A stretch of 61,655 nt of DNA, counting the filler, from Asterionella formosa (Eukaryota), in the NCBI GenBank assembly GCA_002256025.1. It is 15 parts of 15 records of this genome, joined end to end, with 100 filler letters (N's around TTAATTAATTAA, not from the genome) between each part and the next. Parts side by side here need not be neighbours in the genome. Positions count along the whole stretch, not along the records: positions 1 to 4,033 come from NKIB01013760.1; positions 4,134 to 8,161 come from NKIB01013761.1; positions 8,262 to 12,276 come from NKIB01013762.1; positions 12,377 to 16,401 come from NKIB01013763.1; 11 more parts are not named here. One strand, 5' to 3'. The position numbers and the translations under genes were made by a program. The notes beneath the pieces are model-generated. The model was not told the origin of the DNA, made no database searches, and worked only from the letters and a program-made list of their open reading frames with translations. Numbering within the stretch: position 1 is the first letter of the stretch; each line of letters opens with the position of its first letter. Shown one piece after another: positions 1 to 12,790 of this stretch.

Positions 1-2
1 GC

Positions 3-3000
3 AATATTGCTTCTCACTCCATCAAGAAGTCAGTCAATGACTATAACTACTACCTCGGATCATCGAAGCAGGCATCTGACTATGAGACTACTACTGAGTA
101 CCTCATCAATCATATCAAGAAAGTGTTCGACTATGGCAATGACATAGGAACCGCGCTCGAGTTATTAGAACCAATGAGCACATTGGCATGGAAGCCAAGA
201 ATGCAAGTGAGCATTGCAACAACAGAAGAAGATCGCGCTGCAGAGAATCGACAATATGAGATTGAGTTCAAGGCTGACTATGACACCTACAGTAAAAGGG
301 TACAGGCCTACGAAAATAATAATACCAAGGCATATGCGTTGCTCTGGGAAAGATGCAACAAAGCCATGAAGAACAAGATTGAAGCGAGCTCCGATTACAA
401 TAGGATCAAAAATAACCCAATAACATTGCTTATGGCAATTAAAGAACACGCATTAAATTTTCAAGAGAATCGATATTCAATGTCGATCATTTTAGATGCG
501 ATGAGAACGCTTTTGTTCACGAAGCAAAAAGAAGGAGAAAGTCTACAAGACTACACCAAGAGATTTCGTGTGGCACGAGATGTGCTCAAGTCACACATGG
601 GAGGACCCATTATCCTCACCAAGTTCGTTGAAGCCATGGATGGATACAATGAGAATGACATCAAACAACGAGATAAATTTCGCGAACAAGCTTTCAGTCA
701 ATTTATGGCATATTTATATCTCGATAATGCCGATAAAGCTAAATACGGTTCAATTATGACCGGGCTGAACACTCAACAATCACTCGGCAACGATCAATAC
801 CCAAAGACCATCACCGAATCAAATAATGTTCTCAGCAACCATCGGTTTGACGTAACAAATAAATCTGTCTACAAGAAACCAGGAGATAATGATAAAGAGA
901 GGAAACAGAAGGATGCAGGCAAGGAAGACGAAGACGTGAACTTATCGTTCGCACAGTTAGAAGGAAAATGTTACTGCTGTGGAAAAGCAGGTCACAAATC
1001 TCCTTCGTGCCGAGACAAGAATAAACCCAAAGAGGAATGGGCTATCAACAAGGCTCAAAGCCATGCACAGGCACAGGCTACTAATACATCCGACACGAGT
1101 ACAGTTACCTCTGTTAATTCCAACAACCCGCCGTCATCACAAGCTTCACAGCAAGCAAATGCCAATCAATTTGGATGGACGGGAGCTCATATGAAACTAC
1201 AATTTTACCAAGCATCTGAGATGCGTGACTGGATACTATTGGATAATCAATCAAGTGTCACAGTCTTTTGCAATCCAAAAATGGTTAATAACATTCGATT
1301 GTCAACCAACGGAAGCATGCACCTGGCCACAAATGGTGGATCCATGGTAACTAATATGAAGGCTGATCTTCCAGAATGGGGAGAAGTATGGTTTAATGAA
1401 AAGGCTATCACAAACATCTTCAGTTATGCCGAAATGGCAGATAGGTACAGAATTACCTATGACTCTGAGAAAGAAGATGCATTCATTGTTCATTTGCCAG
1501 ACAAAACAGTTCGATTTGAAAGAATTGGGATGAACTTATATGTTTTCAAGCCAACTACAAGAATTAGAGCGGAGAATGCTCAAATGTTAAATACACTTGA
1601 AGAAAACAAAACATTTTACACTGAACGTCAATTTCAGAGAGCTAAGCGAGCTCGTGATCTATTTCATGCCTTGGGTACACCATCAATTAATGACTTCAAG
1701 GCAATAATTCGTATGAATACGATCAACAATAATCCAGTGACTACCGATGATATCAAAATTGCAGAGAAAATTTTTGGACCTGACATCGGAACACTAAAAG
1801 GCAAGACAACTCGTCGCAAGCCGCTGCCAGTTGTGAACGACTACATCGAGATTCCTAAGGAGCTTATCCAAGCTCAACGCGAAGTGACTCTTTGCATGGA
1901 TGGAATGAAAGTCAATGGACAATCATTTCTCACAACAATTTCTCGAAACATTATGTATAGGACAGCGCAATGGGTCAAGAATCAGACAGCTGAAGTCTAT
2001 CGAGATGCTTTGATTCAAGTATTCCGTGTTTATAATACCGGAGGATTTAAAATTACAACAATCCACTGTGACAACGAGTTTCGACCTTTGATGGAACAAA
2101 TTTCCAATGAATTTCAAGTCACTATGAACTACGCAAACCCACAAGAACATGTTCCCGAAGCGGAGCGAAATAATCGAGTGATTAAAGAACGCGTGCGAGC
2201 AGCTTATCATCGATTACCTTTCAAACATTTGCCGCGACTGATGATTAAGATTCTAGTGACAGAATCTGCAAGGAAACTGAATTTCTTTCCGGCAAAGAAC
2301 GGGATATCCCCGTATTACAGTCCTCGTATGATTTTACATCAACGAAACCTGGACTATGCTCGACATTGCCAGTATACATTTGGCACTTATGTCCAAGCAC
2401 ATGAAGAACCTGTGTTTTCAAACACAAATGCACCTCGCAGCCTAGATTGCATTTTTCTACGCTACAATGACAATGTGCAAGGAGGTCATGAATTGTTACA
2501 CCTACCTACGAATTCATTGATCACTAGACGAACAATTACTCCTCTACCACTTACCCCAGCAATCATGAATCAAGTACACGCCCTTGCTGTGCAGGAAAAC
2601 ATGCCAGATGGTCTCAAGATAGCAAATCGAACGGGACAACTATTTTATGATAGTGCTTGGATTGCAGGAGTGGATTATGATAATGAAGCATTTGAAGATG
2701 CACAAGACGAAGATTATGAAGATCAAGATGCTAGTGACAACGAAAGCAATGATGAAATTCTCGGAGAAGAAGACTATGATGAAATGACTCCGGATGAAAT
2801 ATATGAAGCAGAACAGCTCGAATTAAATGACAATACTCAAGAGGATGACCCTGAACCTGACGAGGGCAACAATGAGAATAATATTGAAATGAATGCAGAT
2901 GAAATCCAAGATGAGGATGAAGAGCAAGCAACTGAAACTGAAAATGAAGAGGCATTGTTAGAAGTCAATCCAAGCACTCAGGATGACTCAGACCCAAATG

Positions 3001-4033
3001 TTAGAACTACAAGGTCTGGAAGAGTCTCAAGACCACCATCAAAACTAACTATGGTCCAAAATCATTTGCATACCCAAGCACACTGTCGAGAAGAATACAC
3101 GACTGATAATGCGAAAGTGATCGCAAAGACAATGTGTTATATGAATGAGATGTGTATCGATAAAGAAGCATTTCACTTTGTTCAGTCATACAGCTTAAGG
3201 AAAGGCCTCAAGAAATTTGGCCAGAAAGGAAGAGACGCTGCTTATAAGGAAATGAAACAACTACATGATAGAGTTGTGTTTGAACCGATTAGGATTGAAG
3301 ACCTAACTGATATCGAAAAGCGACGTGCAATGGAAAGTCTAATTTTTTTGGATGAAAAGAGAGCCAAGAGCATTAAAGGCAGAGCATGTGCCAAAGGCAG
3401 TTCGCAACGTGAATACATGGAAAGAGATGAAGCAGCTAGTCCAACTACCATGACTGAATCTGTTATGATAACAGCAACAATTGATGCGAAGCAAAATCGC
3501 GATGTTATGACTGCAGATATACCCAATGCATTTGTGCAAGTGGATATCGATGAGAAAGAAAAAGGGGAACGAATCATTATGAAGATTAGAGGTTTACTTG
3601 TCAATATGTTGACAGAACTCAGCCCCGAGACTTATGAAAATTATGTTGTTTATGAAGGGAACAACAAGGTCCTATATGTTAGGATGATCAAGGCATTATA
3701 TGGCATGTTACAGTCATCATTATTATATTATAAGAAATTTCGGAAGGATATTGAGTCAATTGGATTCAAGGTAAACCCATATGATCCATGTGTTGCAAAT
3801 CGCATTGTTAATGGCAAACAGCACACAGTTACTTGGCACGTAGACGATTTGAAATCAAGTCACGTGGACAGCAAAGTGAATGATCAATTTTTGGAATGGC
3901 TCAAAAAGAAATACGCTTCTGACGAAATTGGTGAAGTCAAGGTCATGCGTGGAAAGAAGCATGATTATTTGGCTATGACGCTAGATTACTCTATTCCAGG
4001 AGTGTTGAGGGTGGACATGACCAAATATGTGAA
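3..4033 (+). CDS. Ty1/copia (CoDi-like) LTR retrotransposon Gag-Pol polyprotein, partial at both ends
   Basis: Frame is open from base 3 to the linker. Motifs in copia order: zinc knuckle CYCCGKAGHKSPSC; protease WILLDNQSS; integrase D-D-E (CMDG / HCDNEF / HVPEAERNNR); acidic linker; RT (ADIPNAF, KALYGMLQS, WHVDDLK). Confidence 0.95.
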
Positions 4034-4133
4034 NNNNNNNNNNNNNNNNNNNNNNNNNNNNNNNNNNNNNNNNNNNNTTAATTAATTAANNNNNNNNNNN
4101 NNNNNNNNNNNNNNNNNNNNNNNNNNNNNNNNN
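4034..4133. other. Artificial assembly linker N44-TTAATTAATTAA-N44 (first of 14)
   Basis: The same 100-bp spacer with stops in all six frames lies at 4034-4133, 8162-8261, 12277-12376, 16402-16501, 20526-20625, 24648-24747, 28769-28868, 32886-32985, 37004-37103, 41121-41220, 45234-45333, 49344-49443, 53450-53549 and 57554-57653. Intervening contigs are 4002-4033 bp, in roughly descending size. Confidence 0.98.
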
Positions 4134-4759
4134 GGGGGGCAGCGCTTTGACTTTCACACCCTCTCTACAGAGCTGCGACAGAAAATAATAGGGATAAACA
4201 TAGTACCACCATAACTGTACATGGCAGCCTCTACGGGAAAAACATAATACCACCATAACCGTACATAACATTTAGCATGACCGCGCCGGTGTTTTTCTGG
4301 TAGAAAGTACGTTGTTGTGGTACAACGAGACAATCCAGGCCGCGCCAGGAGTTTTGCCACACAGCAGGAGGGTCCACACACACAAAAATTAGCATGGTGA
4401 AAAAGTAATCAATCAATGCAGCCAACAGCCAATCACCCCCTACTGGCTCTTCAGCAGCTAGATTAACATGTTTTTGTCGTGTATCTAAATGCTAGTATGG
4501 CTTGTCAGCTCACGCACTGTTGTTGATAACAGGCAGGGACAATGAGGTCCGGAATGAAAGTTGTTCTGGTAAGATTACCGCGCTATTTTGACGGCTATAT
4601 GAGCAACGCTACTGATAACTCACACTGATTTTCCTTTTCGTTCAATTGACATTGCAGCAAACCCTTTCAATTCAGGAGCATTCGCATGCCGTTCCGAATG
4701 AGCAGGCTTTATTTCATTAATGAAACTCATTAATTTAGTTGAATGAACTCTAGAAAATT

Positions 4760-5095
4760 ACGTAAACAAATGTTACATATTAAGTGAACTTTATTCTAGA
4801 ATTATGTGAACGAAATTACAGAATTACGTGAAGTATTTCAAATAATTATGTGACGTATTTCAAATAATTATGTGAAGTATTTCAAATAATTATGTGAAGG
4901 TGATCACATAATATAGTGATGATCAGGAATGCATGCATGATACTTTGATCAAATATTTAACGTGATGTATTCAGATAATATATAGATATATTCAACTACG
5001 TATTTTGATGTATTCAACTAATTCATGTGATGCATTCAAAATCAACTGGGCTTATTTACGTGATGGTCACTTCACATAATACGCGGCTTAGATGT
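4760..5095. repeat. AT-rich dispersed repeat with internal 22-bp tandem units; second copy at ~37110-37407
   Basis: Near-identical sequence on two contigs (GTGAAGTATTTCAAATAATTAT units; GGTGATCAC.TAATATAGTGATGATCAGGA). Similarity stops in both copies at TACGCGGCTTAGATGT. Confidence 0.85.
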
Positions 5096-5142
5096 AACGT
5101 ATTCCGTAAATTTGGGAAGTTTTATACTCTGTCTAACATGCT

Positions 5143-5418
5143 TGTTGAACTTGCGTCCCGAAGCCCTCTATTGCTTTCTTGTATCCTGTAAGCACACGTC
5201 AGGGACCAAATAGGCTGTAGATATGAACAACGATGTTGCAGTAATCGATTGTAATCGTTCCTAAGAGTTTTAGTACTAGAATTATGGGTTTTACTGGTTA
5301 TGTAGATTGTTTTCGAATTCTGAGTTTTCCCTGGTACCATATTTTTTAATTCATTCGATTCTATATGTAGTAGGTAATTTATACCGGGATTTTCTTTCCT
5401 AAAATAATTTCTCCAACA
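5143..5418 (-). repeat. 3' LTR (276 bp) of the copia element
   Basis: On the minus strand it starts TGTTGGAG right after purine-rich CAGCAGGAGTG and ends TTCAACA (TGTTG...CAACA termini). Both boundaries match the homologous copy at 49750-50033. Confidence 0.88.
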
Positions 5419-7530
5419 CACTCCTGCTGGACACGGATGCTCACTTTGAATTCATAATTTGGTCACGAAAATGAATAAATTTCGTTCCAACCAGTGGTTT
5501 TGTCATATAGTCTGCAATCATTGCATCCGTTGGACAGTACTTAATCTGTACTTCCTCTCGTTCAATAAGATCAGTAATGTAAAAAGACTTGATGTTGAAA
5601 TGTCATGTGCGTTTTCCTGAACTTGCTTTTCTAATTACTTCTAGCTTCATTGCGCTAGTGTTGTCACGGTAAATGACATTCGTAGTCACCTTGTGTCCTT
5701 GTGCTTCAATAAATAATTTCGTCCACAACACCTTTGATATAATGTCATCGACACCAACCAATTCTGATTCAGTCGAACTTCTAGTGTTCACTTTCTGTTT
5801 TGTAGACATAGAACAAATAATTCCGTTTCCAAGTGACAATGTAGCTCCTGTGTAACTCTTTGTGTACTGCAAACGGCGCATCAACATACCATTTAATGCT
5901 CTGAGTGTCATCAGCACTCATAGATGCAACCTCATTCTGAGTTGCTTTCAAGAAATTCATGATCTTGACTAATTTTACCCAATCGCTTTCATTCGGTTCG
6001 GTAGTTCGTGTTAACATCAATGCAATTCCTGGTTGAATGTCCTGTCATCCTCGCTTACATAGGAACATTCCTTTCAAAACAAAAGTATGAAATAATTTTG
6101 CTTTTTCATATTCAAGCTTCTTTGACTTCGTATCAACTGTGAACAATCTATCTGTCCATGGGAATTTTCCAGCACCTTAAAGTTTATCTGGAAAATCATC
6201 AATCATTGATTTCACATATTTGGTCATATCCACCCTCAACACTCCTGGAAGAGAGTAATCTAGTGTCATCGCCAAATAATCATGCTTCTTCCCACGCATG
6301 ACCTTGACTTCACCAATTTCGTCAGAAGCGTATTTCTTTTTGAGCCGTTCCAAAAATTGATCATTTACTTTCCTTTCCACGTGACTAGATTTCAAATCGT
6401 CTACGTGCCAAGTAACTGTGTGCTGTTTGCCATTAACAATGCGATTTGCAACGCTTGGATCATGTGGATTGACCTTGAATCCGATTGACTCAATATCCTT
6501 CCGAAATTTCTTGTAATATAATAATGATGACTGTAACATGCCATATAATGCCTTGATCATCCTAACATATAGGACCTTGTTGTTCCCTTCGTAAACAACA
6601 TATTTTTCATAAGTCTCGGGGCTGAGTTCTGTCAACATATTGACAAGTAAACCTCTAATCTTCATCATGATTCGTTCCCCCTTTTTTTTCTCATCGATAT
6701 CCACTTGCACAAATGCATTGGTATATCTGCAGTCATAACATCGCGATTTTGCTTCGCATCAATTGTTGCTGTTATCATAACAGATTCAGTCATGGTAGTT
6801 GGACTAGCTGCTTCATCTCTTTCCATGTATTCACGTTGCGAACTGCCATTGGCACAAGCTCTGCCTTTGATACTCTTGTCTCTCTGTTCAACAACAAAAA
6901 AGACTTTCCATAGCGCGTCGTTTTTCGATCTCTGTTAGGTCTTCAATCCTAATCGGTTCAAATACAACTCTATCGTGTTGTTGTTTCATTTCTTTATACG
7001 CAGCATCTCTTCCTTTCTGGCCAAATTTCTTGAGGCCTTTTCTTAAGCTGTATTACTGAACAAAGTGAAATGCTTCTTTATCGATAGACATCTCATTCAT
7101 ACAACACATTGTCATTGCGATCACTTTCGCATTATCAGTTGTGTATTTTTCTTGACAGTGTGCTTGGGTATGCAAATGATGTTGGACCATAGTTAGTTTT
7201 GATGGTGGTCTTGAGACTCTTCCAGACCTTGTAGTTCTAACATTTGGGTCTGTGACATCCTCAGTGCTTGGATTGACTTCTAACAATGCCTCTTCATTTT
7301 CAGTTTCATTTGCTGGTTCTTCATCCTCATCTTGGATTTCATCTGCATTCATTTCAACATTATTTTCATTGTTGCCCTCAGGTTCAGGGTCATCCTCTTG
7401 GATAATTCAAGCTGTTCTGCTTCATATATTTCATCCGGAGTCATTTCATCATAGTCTTCTTCTCCGAGAATTTCATCATTGCTTTCAATGTCACTAGCGT
7501 GTTGATCTTCATAATCTTCATCTTGAGCAT
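5143..7530 (-). mobile_element. Degenerate 3' half of the same CoDi-like copia family (acidic linker, RT, RNase H, PPT, 3' LTR)
   Basis: ORF fragments 7053-7352 and 6177-6710 are nearly identical to the contig-1 polyprotein. 5603-5917 carries RNase H motifs (RSSTESELVGVDD, IYRDNTSA). Several stops and frameshifts; 5'-truncated at ~7530. Confidence 0.93.
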
Positions 7531-7802
7531 TTAAACAACTGGCACATAAAGATTCGCTTAGTCGATCAATAATTCAGTAGAAATGCAGCATCAGCTGGCA
7601 GCATGACAAACAGCATGCCAAGGCACACTAACAACTCATGATTTACGGAGCCCTGTTATCATATGACATTAACACAGAATCAGAAAGCATCAATACTCAA
7701 TCCTGGATTTCATCCGAATGCTCCTGCACTGAATGGGTTTGCTACAATGTTAATTGAATGCAGAGGAAGATCAGTGTGAGTTTTCTCAATGTATATTGTT
7801 CC

Positions 7803-8161
7803 TGTTAGCTAGTCATGTTACATTGACACAACGACACACAATTCCAACGTATCCTCTTGCTTCACTTACCACAACGCAATGCAACTGATGCATAAGTCTG
7901 TAATAGTAACTTGTCAGTAAGCCAAGTTCTTGAATAAGTAAGTTTCAGGTATCCAATGTTGTCGAATAAAACTTACCGGTTCATTTTTGTCATCTTAACT
8001 TTGAGAGAAGGTAAACGTTTTGTCAGTTTTGTTCCAACAGAAGTGAATAGGTCCAACGAGCGACAAGAGCACTTACGCAATTTGGTTTGGTTTGGTTTTA
8101 CATTGCTGCTCCCCAACAAGCGAAACGAGCTGTTGAATCAACTGAGAAAAAAGGAAATGTG
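7803..8161 (-). repeat. Copy of the intron-dense dispersed repeat family
   Basis: Near-identical to 38615-38976. GTAAGT donors at 8076, 7976 and 7869; CTGAC/CTAAC branch motifs at ~8024, ~7915 and ~7806. Confidence 0.85.
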
Positions 8162-10110
8162 NNNNNNNNNNNNNNNNNNNNNNNNNNNNNNNNNNNNNNN
8201 NNNNNTTAATTAATTAANNNNNNNNNNNNNNNNNNNNNNNNNNNNNNNNNNNNNNNNNNNNGAAACGACAGCGCGCAGCAGCGAAATGAAAGAAATCAAT
8301 ATTTCATTGTTGAGATCTTTGCTCATCTTCTTGACCGCGATTCTCACCTCGCTCTGCATTGGTTCGAAGTTAATGGACTTGCGAACTAAACTCCTCATAT
8401 TACTAAGTGCAAAATTATTATTCCACAGCCAGTCTAAAATGAGTCAATTCAAATGGATTTAGTCACATCAGGCAGCAGCATCAAATAGGATTGGCTGCTT
8501 ACCGGTCGTGGTTTCTTATTTCAAACATATATTCTTACATCCTCCTCAATAATACTTTTGAACATTGCTCCTCAATAGTGTGTTGCCACTGCCACGCACA
8601 TTTATAGTAATTTTCAGGGGCGGGACTTGATTAATTGATGCTAAACTTTTCCAAATTCGTTCCTTCGCCCTTCGGCTCTATTCATCTACCAGTTGCTGGT
8701 AGCTAGCTACATATGATGATATGAATATTTTTTTTGTAGCAACGCACATCATAATATCATTCATTGGGTAGCTATTGTATAGGTCAGGATGGTAGGCGTA
8801 GCTCTTGGTCCAGAGGCGAGGCACATGTCGGATTTTATGATACAGAGATCATACTCTCCTGCCTGGTAAGCCAGCCAGCCAGCCAGTCTTGTCCATCTTC
8901 CAACATTGGGGAACATGGAGAGTGTGCACGCACAACAAGGGATTGTGGTCGATTTCAAAAAAGCAAGGGCTGGCTTTCTCAGATTCGCTCTCACTCAACA
9001 TGCTCAAAATGCTCAAAATACTTTCGTAGCCAGCCAGCAGTGCGCGCATGAAAGCAATAGCTGGCTGTCTGTATTGATATTGTGAATTTTAGTCACTCTC
9101 AATCTCATCAGAGCGAGTTGAGGAAAACATACAGTACGTTCCCATGTTCCCATGTTCCCATGCTTCTTGTCAAAGCAACTTGAGCCAAAAAAACTGAGTC
9201 CACTTGCCATCTTTGCTTGGTGGCCTGGACTGGTTACATTTGTACCATCAACTCTGTTTACCTTATTCCCAGTCCAATGTGACGTTATTTTCTGCCAAGT
9301 TTGAGCTGCTTTACCACGAGAGAGCTGATGACAAGACAAAAAGAATGACAATGTGCGTACCAAGCGAATGAACTGCAGATTGCAGTGCACAAGTGGCCAA
9401 CATCTACCCATTGTTTGCTCGTCTCAGTCTGGAATGAAAGGAACAAGGTAGGTGGTACCTAGTTTACCATACCACGCCCGTGCTACCTATACAATGATAT
9501 ATTATTCATACCGGTAGTAGTACTATATGCATATCATACTCTCATGTGCACTTTGGTATCAATTTGGCTGCATACGCTGGCTTCCTTCGACCTGTTAGTA
9601 TCTGACTCGATATGGACAGTCAGAATACAACATTCTGCAACATTCTGGGTAAGATATGTGGAGACTCCGGCCTCAGCGAAAAATGAAAGGAATACTAGCT
9701 ATACTTAGCTATACCCGCCTTCTGGCCAAGAAGTTCGCCAATGACCATGCATATTATCATGACGGACGATAAGATTTGCCAAGCAGGTTAGATTCAGCAA
9801 ATTTCTCATCAGCAACTCCACCTCGAGAAGCTGCGGCACCCCCACACCACCCACAGGACCAGCAGATCAATTTAAGTCAAAGTCAACAAAACATTTTTCA
9901 TTTTCCATTGGAGGGCGGAATTTCTCGTACTCGCTCTTCTTGAGGCTAAATTACTTACCGGTACTACGACTGGTACTCATTTACTGGGACCTTGTCCCTT
10001 ACTACATAAGAACAAAGCAAGCAAACTTTCGGTGTACTAGTACATTATTGACGAAATTCTACCAAAGTAGTATTTTTCTGTTGGGCTCCGGTAGTGTTCT
10101 ACTCTGGACA

Positions 10111-10293
10111 GGTCAATACTGTCCGGTATTCCTCCCTTGCTTGACCGTGGTGAAAATATGGTATAGAGAAAGGCAAAAATTCTACCCAGTAGTACTGGGG
10201 GTAGAATTTTTTTTCACATTTTGGTAGAATATTCTACCAACGGACCGATGGAACCCTGCAGTATGCCATGGTATTGTCCAAGAAATTCTACCA
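10111..10293. repeat. Palindrome-rich dispersed repeat (MITE-like); second copy at 48126-48312
   Basis: About 185 bp shared between two contigs. Contains an imperfect palindrome at 10175-10211 and the perfect 20-bp palindrome TTGGTAGAATATTCTACCAA at 10221-10240. Confidence 0.8.
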
Positions 10294-12376
10294 GGGGTAC
10301 TTGGTACCTCGTACTGGAGTACCGGTAGTTGCACCAGTACCAGGTACCAGGGTTCCTAGAGTACTGCTACTGGTACCTGGTACCAGGCATGTGTCGCTGG
10401 TTAGTACTTTTGGGCACGACTCGTACCTGTACCTGTGTACCTGGTGCACTGGCTGTGTTGTGTTATGTTGAGGGATTATACTACTGGTAAAACATCATAA
10501 ATTAAAATAAACTTAAACATCAGTACAATTAAACATCAGCATGGCAACAAGCAATGTTGACCAGGAGAGTAAATGAACTGACACATTCCCATGCTTACAA
10601 AAATGTACTTATTTCCATGATGTTGTACAGAGGTTATGGCAAATAGCCAATGATAGTACTCCAAGCAAGTTGTGAGTTTAGTGTAGAGGAGCATGGGGAA
10701 AACAAGGATGATAACCAAACACTTGGCCAGTATTATTCCATTAACTATCACTGCAAAAAAGGCATTGTAGTACTTTATGCCACATTGTCTTTTCACTTGG
10801 AATGTCATTACCCACAGTGGAAATCCAACAAGGTATGGCTGTGCCTGTCAATGACCTTGTCATTAAAAAGGCCATAAAACAGAACAAGTCTGCAGACAAG
10901 ACAAGGGAAACATTACAAGTAAGGCAGCCTCTAGAGTCTCACATTTAGCAAGAGTTCAATCATGATGGTCATCCTTTTCTCATTCAAGTATAAAATATCC
11001 AATTCATCAATGGTATAAGCTGCCTGCGTGCGTGTTGTGTCTGTCAGTTCCAAGTGGTCAGCCAAATTGACAATTGCTTCCAACTAACAAGAAACCAACT
11101 GCAAATATTCGGTTCCTTGTCGCTCTGATGGCCAAGCTGCATCTGTGTTGAACGCAAATTCTAAGGACAAGAGGGATGCGCCAAGCCAGGTTCTCATTGA
11201 CGGCATCCCTGTCAAAAGGCAGTTGTTTTCTTGTTTCCTTGGCCATTATCCTGAGACGGAGTGTATGGACCAATGCACTAACCCAAAAACAGTGGGTTTT
11301 CTGCTAAGAACTGACAATCCAGCAAATGCTAAAGAAAGACTTAGACAATTCTGCAAGATGATGTGTATGCAGGAAAATCATGAGTTTTGACAATTGAACA
11401 ATGGTAAATTGTCAAAACAGGATCTCTAAGTAATCATTAACACATACAAGTTGAAATGAATGCTCCTGAGATGATATTGTTGGAAAGAGGGTCGCATATA
11501 TCGTGGTGGTCAGCGTTGGGCAGTGTTCCTGACAAAGTTGCTTTTGCTGCAACAAATGCCAACAGCAACCCAAAATGGAAATATCAGCCATATGCTATCA
11601 AGGCGATCAATCCTAAACAATTTCAGAGGTAACAAACAGAGTTGAACGATTAAAACGAGTGAGCTAAAAAGTTTTTTAATCTATTTTCGATCGCTTGGTT
11701 GAGCTGGGCTTGAAAAAATGATGATGTGAGCCCTGTATGTCATTGTAAACCTTTCTAGTCACCTAGCCAGAGTACCCATGATGTGCAAGACATCGGGGAT
11801 TATAGTCCACTCTTAGTTTATTTATTTCAAGTTCAATGCTGACTTTGAGACTGACTAAGTATAGATTACTCATGAATTCCTGGTTACTAGAGTATAAGTT
11901 CTACTTTCTTTGTAGAGGTGACCGTTTAACCATAAGGAAATCACTGTATCATGATATCCTACTTCGAAATCAAACATTGTAATAAGTGTTCTGAAATGTG
12001 TGGTTATGCCTTTTACTAGTCTAAATGTTAGTAGAACATGTCTATAGCTGATGAATCATATATCTGGGGTTGGTTTACATAGCCACACTATCCCTACAGG
12101 TCAGATCCATTCTTGAGCTAGCTAAAGTTCTACTTTAGTAGAGCTTGTGGAATGGTCAACATTTGCTATGTTTGTTGTAACTATTTAAATAGCCTTATGT
12201 GTAGGCTAACCAGCCAAGCAATGTACCATAGGTCCATGTTACACCACAGCTTGCTCTAGGAACCAACAAACCAACANNNNNNNNNNNNNNNNNNNNNNNN
12301 NNNNNNNNNNNNNNNNNNNNTTAATTAATTAANNNNNNNNNNNNNNNNNNNNNNNNNNNNNNNNNNNNNNNNNNNN

Positions 12377-12790
12377 CATCACCTCTGCAGTTCGAATTTG
12401 CCTTGAACCCCCTAATAGTCGCTTTGTGACGCTATTATTAAGAAAAGAAGCGACATTACTGTTCTTCGGAAACAAAGGAGCAGGAGAACCATGGTCAGAA
12501 AAGAAGAATATGTTGTAGCGGACGCTCTTGACTTGACAGTTGGCTCTATAGAAGTCCACCACTGTGCCACTTGGAATGGTGATTCTATTGGGATCATAGG
12601 ACATTGAAGGGTAGCACTTGTTCATGTATGTCATCAATGTTCGCGTAGTCAATAGCATGTCGCTTCCAATGTTGAATTTTTGGTTCATGTAGTGAATGAG
12701 GAGGTCGGCCGGAATCCAGCGCCCACGTAGTGATGACTCCGCCATCACCAAAGAAAAATATCGTCCAAACAACTGAAAGTTTGATGTCAT
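12377..12790 (-). CDS. Hypothetical protein, 5' part (runs into the linker)
   Basis: ATG at 12790 (MTSNFQLFG...) opens 138 codons to the contig end. Protein-like composition but no recognised domain. Confidence 0.4.

Noticed and set aside
4078..4089. Regularly spaced TTAATTAATTAA as a biological motif or piggyBac target
   Set aside because: It is always centred between two runs of 44 N: a synthetic six-frame stop linker.
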